From: a virus
Strand: one strand, 5' to 3'
IMG/VR virus record: IMGVR_UViG_3300036832_000974
Coordinates: 24,796-88,795 of that record
Length of the DNA: 64,000 bases
Made by a program: the position numbers and the translations under genes. Positions 54,639-63,501 of this stretch are shown here, in pieces. How positions within the stretch are numbered: the first letter of the stretch is position 1; each line of letters begins with the position of its first letter. The notes beneath the pieces are model-generated. The model saw only the letters and a list, made by a program, of their open reading frames with translations. It ran no database searches and had not been told where the DNA came from.

Positions 54639-54857
54639 TCACTCGTCGAAAACAGTCACCCCACACCTGCGCATCGCCGCCACCAGCTCGTCAAATGTTT
54701 CGGTAACCCGCCAATGATAGCCCTGGCAGAACAGCACCGCGTTGACGTTGTCTTGCTGCTTCTCGCTCGGCGTCGCGGGCCGCACCATGGTCGCCGCGGC
54801 GAGGTCAACCAGCAGCGTCTCGCCGTCCGGCGCTGTGAGGATCACGCGTGTCGACAC
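54639..54857 (-). CDS. FlbD/SwrD-like small protein
   Basis: ILTAPDGETLLVD...WRVTETFDEL pattern. Confidence 0.5.
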   Translation of the reverse strand: MSTRVILTAPDGETLLVDLAAATMVRPATPSEKQQDNVNAVLFCQGYHWRVTETFDELVAAMRRCGVTVFDE

Positions 54858-55013
54858 GATCAGGTCTCTTGTACTTCGACAGTAGCCAGTCGGCGGGCGA
54901 TTCCGAGCTTATCTTGCGCTCGTTGAGCCGGTTTGCTGGCCGTTTCTCTGGCCACTTCTTCTCGAACCTACCCCTTATGCTGTAATGCCTGCCGACGTAT
55001 TTCTTGGCCATCG

Positions 55014-55211
55014 TCATTGATCCTTGCACAGCTTAGCCCGCACGGCGCAATCCTTGGCTTCGAGCAACTTGCGCAAGCCGGCGGTGCGCTCAGCATTCGA
55101 TGGCAAATTGTCGACCGCCCAATGCGCCAGCTCAGCAAACTTTCGGCTGATGTCCTGCAAATGCTCCGGCAAATGCGCGTAGTCAAAAAACTGCAGCATC
55201 CGATCACTCAT
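55014..55211 (-). CDS. Small helical-hairpin phage protein, possibly Acb2/Tad1-related
   Basis: LQFFDYAHLPEHLQ...LPSNAERTAGLRKLLEAKDCAVRA. Confidence 0.6.
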   Translation of the reverse strand: MSDRMLQFFDYAHLPEHLQDISRKFAELAHWAVDNLPSNAERTAGLRKLLEAKDCAVRAKLCKDQ

Positions 55212-55504
55212 TCGCTTCCCCCATCATAGACGCAGTTCTGTGTCAGTGAAATCGGATCGTCTGGGCGCCCAGCTGTGGTGATGACGGTCCGACTATGGCA
55301 GCGATTGCAAACCACAACCAGCAGCCCGATCCCACGCCATGGCCACATGATGTAAGGCAGCTCGCCGTGACAACTCGGCCGCTTCGGATCATGCGCTTCT
55401 AGCGCCTTACCGTTGGGATAGGCAGGGTCAGGTGCCACGCGGGGCTGCCGACCGCCCTCGCGTGGTACCCACGTGATATCCCAATCGGCAGGCTGTGGCT
55501 TCAT
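55208..55504 (-). CDS. Hypothetical Zn-ribbon protein
   Basis: PDPAYPNG...CNRC...TTAGRPDDP. Confidence 0.65.
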   Translation of the reverse strand: MKPQPADWDITWVPREGGRQPRVAPDPAYPNGKALEAHDPKRPSCHGELPYIMWPWRGIGLLVVVCNRCHSRTVITTAGRPDDPISLTQNCVYDGGSE

Positions 55505-55954
55505 TCAGCGATTGAGCGGATTGACCTGCGGCGCATTCGGATCAACCGGCGGCGGCTGCTGGGGTGGCGTCGTCGGTGGCGCATTCGGATCGACCGGCGG
55601 CTTCGACGTGTTGGCGTCGATGGCGTCCTGGATCTCCTGCTTGCGCTGCTCGACCTCGTCAAAGATCGCATCGATCTTGTCCTGCGCCTCTGCTGGCAAG
55701 TCAACGTTCGCCAGCGCGTCTTCGAGCTTGCCCTGCAATCCTTTCACCAGCTCAACCATACCAGCAATGGGGCTTTTCAGTTCTCTGATGTTGGTAAGAA
55801 TCTCATCGAGTGACTTGTGTGCTTCTGCCATAGCTTCCTCCCATCCGGAGAGATCTGGAGACTGCGCAAGCAACTTTTTCACGTTGCGATCAATGCGCGT
55901 TGTCATCGCAACGAGGTAATCCCACTCGCTTCGGTCGACCCACAGATACGGCAT
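55505..55954 (-). CDS. Coiled-coil protein with Pro-rich tail
   Basis: Two PPVDPNAP repeats at the C-terminus. Confidence 0.65.
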   Translation of the reverse strand: MPYLWVDRSEWDYLVAMTTRIDRNVKKLLAQSPDLSGWEEAMAEAHKSLDEILTNIRELKSPIAGMVELVKGLQGKLEDALANVDLPAEAQDKIDAIFDEVEQRKQEIQDAIDANTSKPPVDPNAPPTTPPQQPPPVDPNAPQVNPLNR

Positions 55955-55958
55955 GCGA

Positions 55959-56372
55959 TCACCTCGCTTTGCGCGACCGCTCTGCCTTCTTGGCCTTGCG
56001 GCGCTTGGTCGGCTTGGTCGCCACCGCTATGGCCCCCTCAAGCTCATCGTCGGAAAACGTGAACCTCTTCGGCGCCGGTGGCGGCGGCAGCAGCATCTGC
56101 TTGAGATGCTCGATCGCCTTGGATTTGCGCTCGCGCAGCTTCGGCACATCAGGACGCAACTCGGAAATATGCACCGGCGTGCTCAGTCCAGCAGGGTCGA
56201 ACATGGCCACCATCGCGCGCCGTAGCATTTCAGCGTAGTCCATCCTTGTGAACGGCATATTAAGCGCGCGCGACAACCGCTCGAACGTCTCACGATAGGC
56301 TGGATCCGGCACGTGCTTGCGGATCGGCCGCAAAATGAAATGCACAACCGCGTTGAACTCGGTGTCCGTCAT
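55959..56372 (-). CDS. Hypothetical protein
   Basis: 137 aa, coupled to the upstream gene. Confidence 0.6.
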   Translation of the reverse strand: MTDTEFNAVVHFILRPIRKHVPDPAYRETFERLSRALNMPFTRMDYAEMLRRAMVAMFDPAGLSTPVHISELRPDVPKLRERKSKAIEHLKQMLLPPPPAPKRFTFSDDELEGAIAVATKPTKRRKAKKAERSRKAR

Positions 56373-56611
56373 TTGGGGCCACCCTGATTCGGATCGAGCG
56401 GTGGTGGATGATCAGGTTGACCGCCGCCACCCGGCGCCGTGGCCGCCGCCAGCTTGCGCAGCGCCTTCTTCAGCGCGTTGCCGACCTCGACCTTGTTGGC
56501 CGCCGACAACGGACGCCCTTCGAGCAAATACTTGATCAGCAGGCCATGATCGTTGTGCTCGCGCAAGGCACCGACTGCCTCGGCAAAATCCATCTCGTCA
56601 CGCTTGGTCAT
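56369..56611 (-). CDS. Hypothetical protein
   Basis: AAGGGG RBS. Confidence 0.6.
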   Translation of the reverse strand: MTKRDEMDFAEAVGALREHNDHGLLIKYLLEGRPLSAANKVEVGNALKKALRKLAAATAPGGGGQPDHPPPLDPNQGGPK

Positions 56612-56629
56612 TGCTTCCCCTTGATCAGA

Positions 56630-56908
56630 TCACTTTGGCTTTCGGTACACGCTGTCCATGAACGCCATCCGCATCCGCTGCACATTGACGATCTTCGGAT
56701 CCTTTACAACGCTGAGCGTCTCATCGACGGTCAACTCGCGGATCGGCTTGCCATGCTCGTCGCACATCGTGATGTGACCGCAGTACAGGCAGATCGACAA
56801 ACAGTCTTTAGGTCTTTTGCCTTTGCCGATGGTGCCGAACTGCGCCGCCGCCTTAAGCGGCTTGCCGCACCCGAAGCACGGCGTCAGCTCATAGCGGTGG
56901 CGCTTCAT
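56630..56908 (-). CDS. Zn-ribbon hypothetical protein
   Basis: CFGC...CLYC. Confidence 0.6.
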   Translation of the reverse strand: MKRHRYELTPCFGCGKPLKAAAQFGTIGKGKRPKDCLSICLYCGHITMCDEHGKPIRELTVDETLSVVKDPKIVNVQRMRMAFMDSVYRKPK

Positions 56909-56927
56909 GACGGCGCACCCGGACGCT

Positions 56928-57305
56928 TCATCTCGCCTTTTGCTGGCGATACCACGTCCGCCGCGACACCCCCGCAAGTTCCCATGGCTGACCATCCTTG
57001 GTGGCAGACTTTGGGCGACCACCCTTGGATGGTTTTGTGCCACGGGGTTTTGTGCCACGAGGTTTTGTGCCACGAGCAGGCTTTTGTGCCAACGGTTTTG
57101 TGCCAATGGCGGGCGCCGCCGACGCACGGCTGGGTGTGATTGGCGGGGCGGCGCCCTGGAGCTTCGCCTTTTTGGCCGGTACGGCGACGCTCGTCTGGAA
57201 CTGGCGGCCGATCTGCGTCGGCGGGATCTCTCCACCATACAGCTTCGGGCATACGCGCCCATAATGGCGCTCGTTGCATGCCTTGCACAGCGGCGCGAGC
57301 ATCAT
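56928..57305 (-). CDS. Basic protein with GTKP repeats and C-terminal HTH
   Basis: PWELAGVSRRTWYR HTH-like end. Coupled to terS. Confidence 0.65.
   Translation of the reverse strand: MMLAPLCKACNERHYGRVCPKLYGGEIPPTQIGRQFQTSVAVPAKKAKLQGAAPPITPSRASAAPAIGTKPLAQKPARGTKPRGTKPRGTKPSKGGRPKSATKDGQPWELAGVSRRTWYRQQKAR
57031..57105. repeat. Five copies of TTTTGTGCCA
   Basis: Cores at 57033, 57048, 57063, 57082 and 57096. Confidence 0.9.
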
Positions 57306-57760
57306 TCCCCCGGCTTCGGCGGCGTGATGTCGATCAGCTCGGGATCAGCCGGCTCGGCCGCCTCAAGCATGACATCGTAGGAAATGCCCCTCGCCATGCA
57401 CAGCGCCCGGATCTCATCCTCGGTCTTGTAGCGGTTGGTCTGCACCATGGCATGCACATGCATCGGCAGCACCTTGAGCGCAAACGGCGCAAACACCGTC
57501 TCATTGTGCAGCGCTAAGTGCAGCATATAGCCCAACAATCCCTCGTCGCCGGGGATGTCATAGGCGCCGGTATCCTTGTTGAAGATCTTGCGGCCAGCGA
57601 TCTCCATCGCCTGCACGACCGCATCCTTCATCGCGATCGTCATGTGGTTCGCCTGCCCTGGCTTGCGGCCAGCATTCGGATGCCTTGGCTCGCCCTTTTT
57701 GAAAGGCCGACCCGTAGCAGGTCGCTTTACGACGGCGTTCTTTTTAAGCGGCTTGATCAT
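57302..57760 (-). CDS. Putative terminase small subunit
   Basis: GRPFKKGE..HPNAGRKPGQAN..T..MKDAV motif. First gene of the minus-strand operon. Confidence 0.7.
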   Translation of the reverse strand: MIKPLKKNAVVKRPATGRPFKKGEPRHPNAGRKPGQANHMTIAMKDAVVQAMEIAGRKIFNKDTGAYDIPGDEGLLGYMLHLALHNETVFAPFALKVLPMHVHAMVQTNRYKTEDEIRALCMARGISYDVMLEAAEPADPELIDITPPKPGE

Positions 57761-57815
57761 GGCTTCGCACGCTACGGCTTACACGGTTGCGTTGGCAATG
57801 CTATCGTGAAAAGCC

Positions 57816-58139
57816 ATGAAAGCAAAACGACTTACGCGAAACAGAAATGTAAACCGAAGTGTGACATCGCGGGTTTGCGTCTGCGTCATCTGTGGCAATA
57901 GCTTCATGGCTCACCGTAGGCACGCCAGCACATGTGGCACGCGATGTCGCAAGCAACGCCAGCGCCAACGCGTATCGCCATCCATCGACGCTGGACGACT
58001 TGCGCGGTCGGGCGCGACTTGGACTTGCGCATGCTCACCCGATCTGGTGTGGCTAGCATCGGTGAATCGCAACAACATCATGTTCATCAATCACGCCACG
58101 CGCCATGCGGCGCTAACTTACAGGAGGATCGCACCATGA
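57816..58139 (+). CDS. Zn-finger hypothetical protein
   Basis: CVICG..F...TCGTRCRK. Confidence 0.5.
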   Translation: MKAKRLTRNRNVNRSVTSRVCVCVICGNSFMAHRRHASTCGTRCRKQRQRQRVSPSIDAGRLARSGATWTCACSPDLVWLASVNRNNIMFINHATRHAALTYRRIAP

Positions 58140-58372
58140 AAGACGCTAACGACGAGGCTCTCATCACCAATCTTGCAACCGGCTTGGTGCACGCTGCGGC
58201 CAGGACCCAAGGCGTCACCCATGACAGGATCATCGCTGCGCTGTTCCAGCTGATCGGCACGTCCTCGACCACAGAGATGAAGGCTGAACCCAAGCAGCGC
58301 CGCACCCGCCGCCCACGCACCCCTAAGGGCAATGGACCGCTGCTCGATCCACCGGCGGCATCCCCAGAATGA
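58136..58372 (+). CDS. Hypothetical protein
   Basis: AGGAGG RBS before ATG 58136. Confidence 0.65.
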   Translation: MKDANDEALITNLATGLVHAAARTQGVTHDRIIAALFQLIGTSSTTEMKAEPKQRRTRRPRTPKGNGPLLDPPAASPE

Positions 58373-58572
58373 TCATTGCCGACGACGATGTGCAAAACGC
58401 AATGATCTCGATCGTTCAGCATCGAGACACCAAGCGCTGGCGCGTCCTCGTGCAATACGACGACGGCGAGGAGTTCCTGAGCCGTGAAGAATACGTCGAC
58501 GAGGCCGAGGCCACCCAAGTCGCCTTGGCGTGGGGACTCGCGAACTCACAGCCAGAGGGCCCGCCGCAGTGA
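58369..58572 (+). CDS. Hypothetical protein
   Basis: ATGA coupling with the upstream gene. Confidence 0.6.
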   Translation: MIIADDDVQNAMISIVQHRDTKRWRVLVQYDDGEEFLSREEYVDEAEATQVALAWGLANSQPEGPPQ

Positions 58573-58880
58573 TGTGACTACGGCGGGCGGGGAAGTCTGT
58601 GTAAAGCGTGAGAAACAAAATCACTCTGATAAGAAATCGAGGCTCTCGCAAGCCAAAATCACGGCGCCGTTGCGAGGTTGTCGTGACCTTCGTTTGCCCG
58701 ATCGCCGCTTGGTCGATTTGCGTTTGGTCGGATTACGTGGCGCCCGGATCCTGACACAGCGCGCGCATACCGGGCCGTCAGCTGCTTCAAACACCACCGT
58801 GGAAGCCTCGCCGCAGCGCTGGCAGCGCCACACCATCCCCATACAAACACTCGCTTTTTTAACTTTTCTGCAAGAAGCCC

Positions 58881-58909
58881 TTGCAAATTTGAGCCCGGTC
58901 CCCTATCTC
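58881..58909 (+). promoter_or_regulatory. Sigma70-type early promoter
   Basis: TTGCAA-17 bp-TATCTC with an AT-rich upstream tract, ahead of the + strand gene cluster. Confidence 0.55.
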
Positions 58910-58977
58910 TAGGTCGTCGGGGCGACACCCCGACAGCCTGATCCTAACGGTGCGATGCACCACGAAAGGAATTTCAC

Positions 58978-59169
58978 GTGACCCGCAAGCACTTCGTCGA
59001 GATCGCCGACATCCTGTCGGCCGCTCGCCCCACCATGTCTGACGCCGCACACCACGCGCTCGTCAACGAGTTCGCCAGCTTCCTCGGTTCGCAGAACACG
59101 CGCTTCGATTACGCAAAGTTCAAGCTCGCCGCGAGCGACTTGCCCGAGACCATGCGAAAGGCCGCGTAA
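58978..59169 (+). CDS. Conserved small early phage protein
   Basis: AAGGA RBS. MTRKHFVEIA...NTRFDYAKF..A pattern. Confidence 0.8.
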   Translation: MTRKHFVEIADILSAARPTMSDAAHHALVNEFASFLGSQNTRFDYAKFKLAASDLPETMRKAA

Positions 59170-59271
59170 TTCAGCTGATGCCCGCCGCCTCACCCGCGCC
59201 CCTAGGCGGGCATCCAGGAGCGGCTCTCGATCCCACGGGAGCCGCTCCACCTCTAACCCACGGAGACTGAC

Positions 59272-59460
59272 ATGACCACGATGAATCAACGCGAAGCCGA
59301 GCTGCTCGCCGTGAGTGACCGGAACTGGACTCCCCGCAAAATACGCGGCCGATGGGTCGTGTGGGACGCCGTGTCCGATCACGCCGTCGAGTTCGACGCC
59401 GACACCATGCGCGCCATCGCGCAGGTCGACTACGACCTGATCAAGGGCCACAGCCGATGA
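59272..59460 (+). CDS. Hypothetical protein
   Basis: GGAG RBS. Confidence 0.7.
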   Translation: MTTMNQREAELLAVSDRNWTPRKIRGRWVVWDAVSDHAVEFDADTMRAIAQVDYDLIKGHSR

Positions 59461-59645
59461 AAAAGAAACTCGTCGTTGCCCCGTGCGATTGCTGCAACAA
59501 GCGCGACTTCCTTGAGCAGTGCTGGCTCGGCGGACTTGAGACATGGGCATGCGACGCGTGCCGATCGCAGCCCGATGCCGCGCGTAAGACCGCGGCATCG
59601 ATCGGCGACCAGCCGACAACCGCAAAGAAAAGGAACACCCAATGA
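59457..59645 (+). CDS. Cys-rich small protein
   Basis: ATGA coupling at both ends. CDCC...CDAC. Confidence 0.6.
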   Translation: MKKKLVVAPCDCCNKRDFLEQCWLGGLETWACDACRSQPDAARKTAASIGDQPTTAKKRNTQ

Positions 59646-60736
59646 AAACCGGAAAGACCCTCACCCAGCTCGCTCAGGAAATCGAGCGTCGCGCCAATGC
59701 GAAGTCCGACCTCGTCGCCTCAACGCAGCACATGAACGTGCGCGCCACCGGCGATGGCGTCAAGATCGCAGTCGGCGATGAGTACGAATTCGCCGTCAAC
59801 AGCGTCGCCCACGACCAGATCGGCACGCACACCGGAATCCCTGCGGTGTACTACGACAAGATGCTGACCGAGGCGCCCGCGCTGCTCGCCAACAACGTTA
59901 ACGAATGGTTCCACAAATACCCAGCAACTCGCATGGTGCGCGTGCTCGATGATACCAACCGCGCGTTCCTGTCCGACAAATTCTGCCCGGACATGGAAAA
60001 CGAGGACCTCGCCGCCGCGGTGCTGCCGGTGATCGGTGATCTCGGGCTCGACGTCATGAGTTGCGACGTCACCGATCGTCGGCTTTACATCAAGGCGGTC
60101 GACAAGAAGGTGACTCGCGAGCTGGCCAAGCACGGCGCGCGGTTCGGCGACGGTGGTCACACCATCGTGCGGATCGTCTCGCCCTCGATCACCATCAGCA
60201 ATTCCGAGGTCGGCCTCGGTGCGCTGTCGATCCAGGGCGGCACCTATGACGCGTTCTGCAGCAATCTCGCCTCGTTCGGCGAGCGGTCGATGCGCCGCGC
60301 CCACGTCGGGCAGAAGCACTCGATCGAAGAGGGCGCGCTGTACGCAATGCTTTCCGACAAGACCAGACGGCTCGATCAGGCCGCGCTGTGGAGCAAGGTG
60401 CGCGACGTCGTGCGCGGTGTGTTCGATCAGGTCAAGTTCGACGCGCTGGTGAACAAGATCGAGGGCACTCGCCAGGAGCACATCGTCTCCGAGGACGTCG
60501 TGAAGGTCGTGAAGGTCGCGACCGTCAAGCTCGGCCTCAACGAGACCGAGGGCAAGTCGGTCTTGAAGCACCTGATCGAGGGCGGCGAGCTGTCGCGGTT
60601 CGGCCTCTACAACGCGGTGACCCGCATGTCGGCGGACGTCGAGTCCTACGATCGCGCGACCGAGCTGGAGCGGGTCGGCGCCAAAGTGATCGAGCTGCCT
60701 AAGAATGAATGGAAGGAAATCGCCGAAGCGGCGTGA
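59642..60736 (+). CDS. DUF932-like phage protein
   Basis: RAFLSDK, ISNSEVGLGAL, FCSN, RRAHVG, FGLYNAVTR...RATELE..G. Confidence 0.8.
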   Translation: MKTGKTLTQLAQEIERRANAKSDLVASTQHMNVRATGDGVKIAVGDEYEFAVNSVAHDQIGTHTGIPAVYYDKMLTEAPALLANNVNEWFHKYPATRMVRVLDDTNRAFLSDKFCPDMENEDLAAAVLPVIGDLGLDVMSCDVTDRRLYIKAVDKKVTRELAKHGARFGDGGHTIVRIVSPSITISNSEVGLGALSIQGGTYDAFCSNLASFGERSMRRAHVGQKHSIEEGALYAMLSDKTRRLDQAALWSKVRDVVRGVFDQVKFDALVNKIEGTRQEHIVSEDVVKVVKVATVKLGLNETEGKSVLKHLIEGGELSRFGLYNAVTRMSADVESYDRATELERVGAKVIELPKNEWKEIAEAA

Positions 60737-60793
60737 TCACTCACCGGGCAGGGCGCGAACGCCCTGCCCGCCACTACCCCGGGAGAATAACCC

Positions 60794-60976
60794 ATGTCGA
60801 AGAATGATCTGTTTTGGGTCCGCGTGCTGTGCATCGCGCTGCTGGCCGCCGTGTTCTTTCCGGCGGGCGTGATCGCCTTCATTGTCGAGCACCGGCGCTA
60901 TCGCGAGAACTCGATCTGGTCGAGCCTCACGAACACCCTTCGCCAAGCATGGAGGAAAGACAACGCGCAATGCTGA
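60794..60976 (+). CDS. Small membrane protein
   Basis: GGGAG RBS, TM helix. Confidence 0.6.
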   Translation: MSKNDLFWVRVLCIALLAAVFFPAGVIAFIVEHRRYRENSIWSSLTNTLRQAWRKDNAQC

Positions 60977-61191
60977 TCGACGTCGTCGTCACCGTTGCCA
61001 AGCTCGATCTCGGTCACACTCGCCATCGATGGATCATCGGAAAGCACGACGCACGACGTCAACCTGACGACGTTCTGTTGACGGCGTGGGGCATCGACCC
61101 CGCCACCGTCATCATCTGCCGACGCCGCCGTATGTGGGGGCGTCGGGTCTGGCAAGTTGAAATCACCAAGAAAAGTAGGAGCACCCAATGA
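60970..61191 (+). CDS. Hypothetical protein
   Basis: Overlaps both neighbours. Confidence 0.5.
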   Translation: MLIDVVVTVAKLDLGHTRHRWIIGKHDARRQPDDVLLTAWGIDPATVIICRRRRMWGRRVWQVEITKKSRSTQ

Positions 61192-61568
61192 CTATTACTG
61201 AAGCCCACATCTACCTGCGCGGACTAATGGAAGGTCGCCCCCGCGACGACCACGCGCGCATCCAACACGCCGCCCCTGTCAAAAATGCGACCTTTGCCAT
61301 CGCTGGCGCCATCCTGTGCTACTGCGATGACCCCGCGTACATCCACGTCCGCGAAAGCCACCTCGGTGGCACCAACACGGGGTGGTTCACCTGCGGGCGT
61401 AGGCGCCTCTGCGCTATCTACAATCACAACACCCAATCCATCGATATCCGCGACCGCAGCCATCGCGGCCCGACGTTGTTCTCGGTCAACGATAGCAACA
61501 TGCAAATCGTCCAGCCGAGCTTCGCCCTTCTCAAATCCGGCTACTTCCACAGAACGCGGGCGGCATGA
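61188..61568 (+). CDS. Integron cassette protein VCH_CASS14-like
   Basis: YLRGLM...HA..V...AIAGAI...YNHNTQSIDIR..SHRGPTLFS matches the recalled family pattern. AGGAG RBS. Confidence 0.65.
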   Translation: MTITEAHIYLRGLMEGRPRDDHARIQHAAPVKNATFAIAGAILCYCDDPAYIHVRESHLGGTNTGWFTCGRRRLCAIYNHNTQSIDIRDRSHRGPTLFSVNDSNMQIVQPSFALLKSGYFHRTRAA

Positions 61569-61597
61569 AGTAACCAAAAAAGAACAAGGGACACCCA

Positions 61598-61873
61598 ATG
61601 ACCAAGACACTCGAAGACTACTGGAACGACTACCGCGACACCGTGCTGACCCCCCACGACAAGGGCGGCGAACTGCGTACGCTCAAGGGCATCTTCTACA
61701 GCGGCGCAGTTGCAGCAACCAGAGTTCTCGCAGACGCTGCCAAGAAGGAGATCAGCGAAAAATTCGACAGCAGTGATGAACTCAATTGCTTCGGCGATCT
61801 CGCCGCACGCGTCCGGCTGTTCTTCGCGCATCTGCGAAGCGCGGAGCGCGGCGAGAACGGCGAGAACCACTGA
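61598..61873 (+). CDS. Hypothetical protein
   Basis: W..YR..V...FYSGA motif common in phage proteins. Confidence 0.7.
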   Translation: MTKTLEDYWNDYRDTVLTPHDKGGELRTLKGIFYSGAVAATRVLADAAKKEISEKFDSSDELNCFGDLAARVRLFFAHLRSAERGENGENH

Positions 61874-61947
61874 TCCCCTGGCGGCGGCCGCCCGCCAACA
61901 GCCGCCGCACACACACCCCACACAATCAGAAACGAAAGATCATCCCA

Positions 61948-62454
61948 ATGAGCACCACCACGCCACCATCATCGCCGACACAGCGTGACCTCAACAAGAA
62001 GTTCGTCGCTAGCGTCGGCGGCCTGCTCGGCATCGCCCTGCTGATCGGAATCGGCAACAGCAACAAGAGCCAACCGCCGCAGGCGACCGAACAGAACGAA
62101 CCTCAATTCGTGACGGTTCAAGACCTGCTGCTCGACGGCAGGAAACTGGCTCGCGCCCAAGCCAGAGTCACCTTTTCCGGTCAGTATTACCGAGACGGAA
62201 ACCTTGAAATGGTTTTCGGTTCAGGTGGCGACATGCTCAGGTCAACAGGGGCTTACGGACATGTTCGGGATACCTCAAGACGCCTGATCGTGAACACGGA
62301 TGATGCATCTCGCAAAACCAGAGAGTGGGTTCTGTCCTGCGGACAGAAGACTTACGGTTGCAGCGACATGACTCTCACCGGACACATGACCATGTGCACG
62401 ATCCAAAATGGATTCGGCGCCAAGCACGAAGAACCATGTCTGGCGGCTGACTGA
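61948..62454 (+). CDS. Membrane-anchored periplasmic protein (OB-fold-like)
   Basis: N-terminal TM, then TVQDLL...VTFSG. Confidence 0.6.
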   Translation: MSTTTPPSSPTQRDLNKKFVASVGGLLGIALLIGIGNSNKSQPPQATEQNEPQFVTVQDLLLDGRKLARAQARVTFSGQYYRDGNLEMVFGSGGDMLRSTGAYGHVRDTSRRLIVNTDDASRKTREWVLSCGQKTYGCSDMTLTGHMTMCTIQNGFGAKHEEPCLAAD

Positions 62455-62480
62455 GACGTGCACCGCAAGCAAACGAGGGC

Positions 62481-62732
62481 GTGATGAGAAAGCAGCTCGA
62501 AAACGAATACAGCGGCATCAGCGCCGAGGCGCTAGCCGAGCTGATCGAGGGCGTCGGCATGACGTCGCGCAGTCTCGGCCGCTTCCTTGGTGTTCGCGAT
62601 GACACCGTACGCAGCTGGATGCGCGGCGATCAGGCACCGCCGATCCCCGTGGTGATGACGCTCAGCCTCATGCGCCACTTCAATCTGACCCAAGAGCAGG
62701 TCCGCGACATCAGCAGGGAGGAAGCAGAATGA
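62481..62732 (+). CDS. XRE-like HTH DNA-binding protein
   Basis: MTSRSLGRFLGVRDDTVRSWMRG...PIPV. Confidence 0.8.
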   Translation: MMRKQLENEYSGISAEALAELIEGVGMTSRSLGRFLGVRDDTVRSWMRGDQAPPIPVVMTLSLMRHFNLTQEQVRDISREEAE

Positions 62733-63124
62733 GCACGTCATTACTTTTGAGCATCGAAAAACTGATCGAAAATCACATCGAAACGACGCTGCGCGAAGTA
62801 TGGGAAGACCCAGACGTCACCCGCATCTCGTTCCCGATTCTGTGGGGCGACACACCAAAAACGATGGTGAAAGCTTTTGGCGATGCCGCCGAAGGCATCG
62901 AATTCGATGACACCACGATCTTCCTCCTGCTGTGTCCGAACGGTGATGGTCCTGTCGCCATACGATCGATCTCTCTGAGCGACGAACTCAACTTCTGGCT
63001 GGACGAATGCGCCAGCGACGGCAGCTGGAAAGATGGGCTGACCAAACTGGCGGCTGGATTCCGCGATCTGGCCGACAAGATCGACGAGGCCATTAAACAA
63101 CACGAAGAGAAGATCTCCCCATGA
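62729..63124 (+). CDS. Hypothetical protein
   Basis: Acidic 131 aa, translationally coupled. Confidence 0.65.
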   Translation: MSTSLLLSIEKLIENHIETTLREVWEDPDVTRISFPILWGDTPKTMVKAFGDAAEGIEFDDTTIFLLLCPNGDGPVAIRSISLSDELNFWLDECASDGSWKDGLTKLAAGFRDLADKIDEAIKQHEEKISP

Positions 63125-63501
63125 TCAAATCGAAGACCCGACCGCTGTGCGGCTGCTGCGGCAAGCCGATCCAGAAGCTCACCGTGATGCACTGGGTGAC
63201 CAAGAAGAATCCCAGCGTAACCCGCGCACCATCCGCCACCGATCACATCGTCGACCAGCTGCCGGAGACGCGCGAGGATTGCCAGCGTCTCGTCGGCGAC
63301 ACGGTCGTCACCCTGCGCCGCACGGTGAATGGCGCCATTTCCAGATTCGGAACGTGGGACGGCGAAAGCTGGGACACCCGCTATCGATACTTCTGCAGCA
63401 ATAGCTGCGCCGCTGACTATGGCCAGCTCGCCTTCGAGAAGACCACGCTGCGCACCAAGGCGTGGTCCGAAGCAGCGAAAGAACGGGAGACGGCGTCGTG
63501 A
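63121..63501 (+). CDS. Zn-binding hypothetical protein
   Basis: CGCCGKP...YFCSNSCA. Confidence 0.65.
   Translation: MIKSKTRPLCGCCGKPIQKLTVMHWVTKKNPSVTRAPSATDHIVDQLPETREDCQRLVGDTVVTLRRTVNGAISRFGTWDGESWDTRYRYFCSNSCAADYGQLAFEKTTLRTKAWSEAAKERETAS

Noticed and set aside
57031-57105. CRISPR mini-array
   Set aside because: Repeats are 10-15 bp with no unique spacers, and there are no cas genes.
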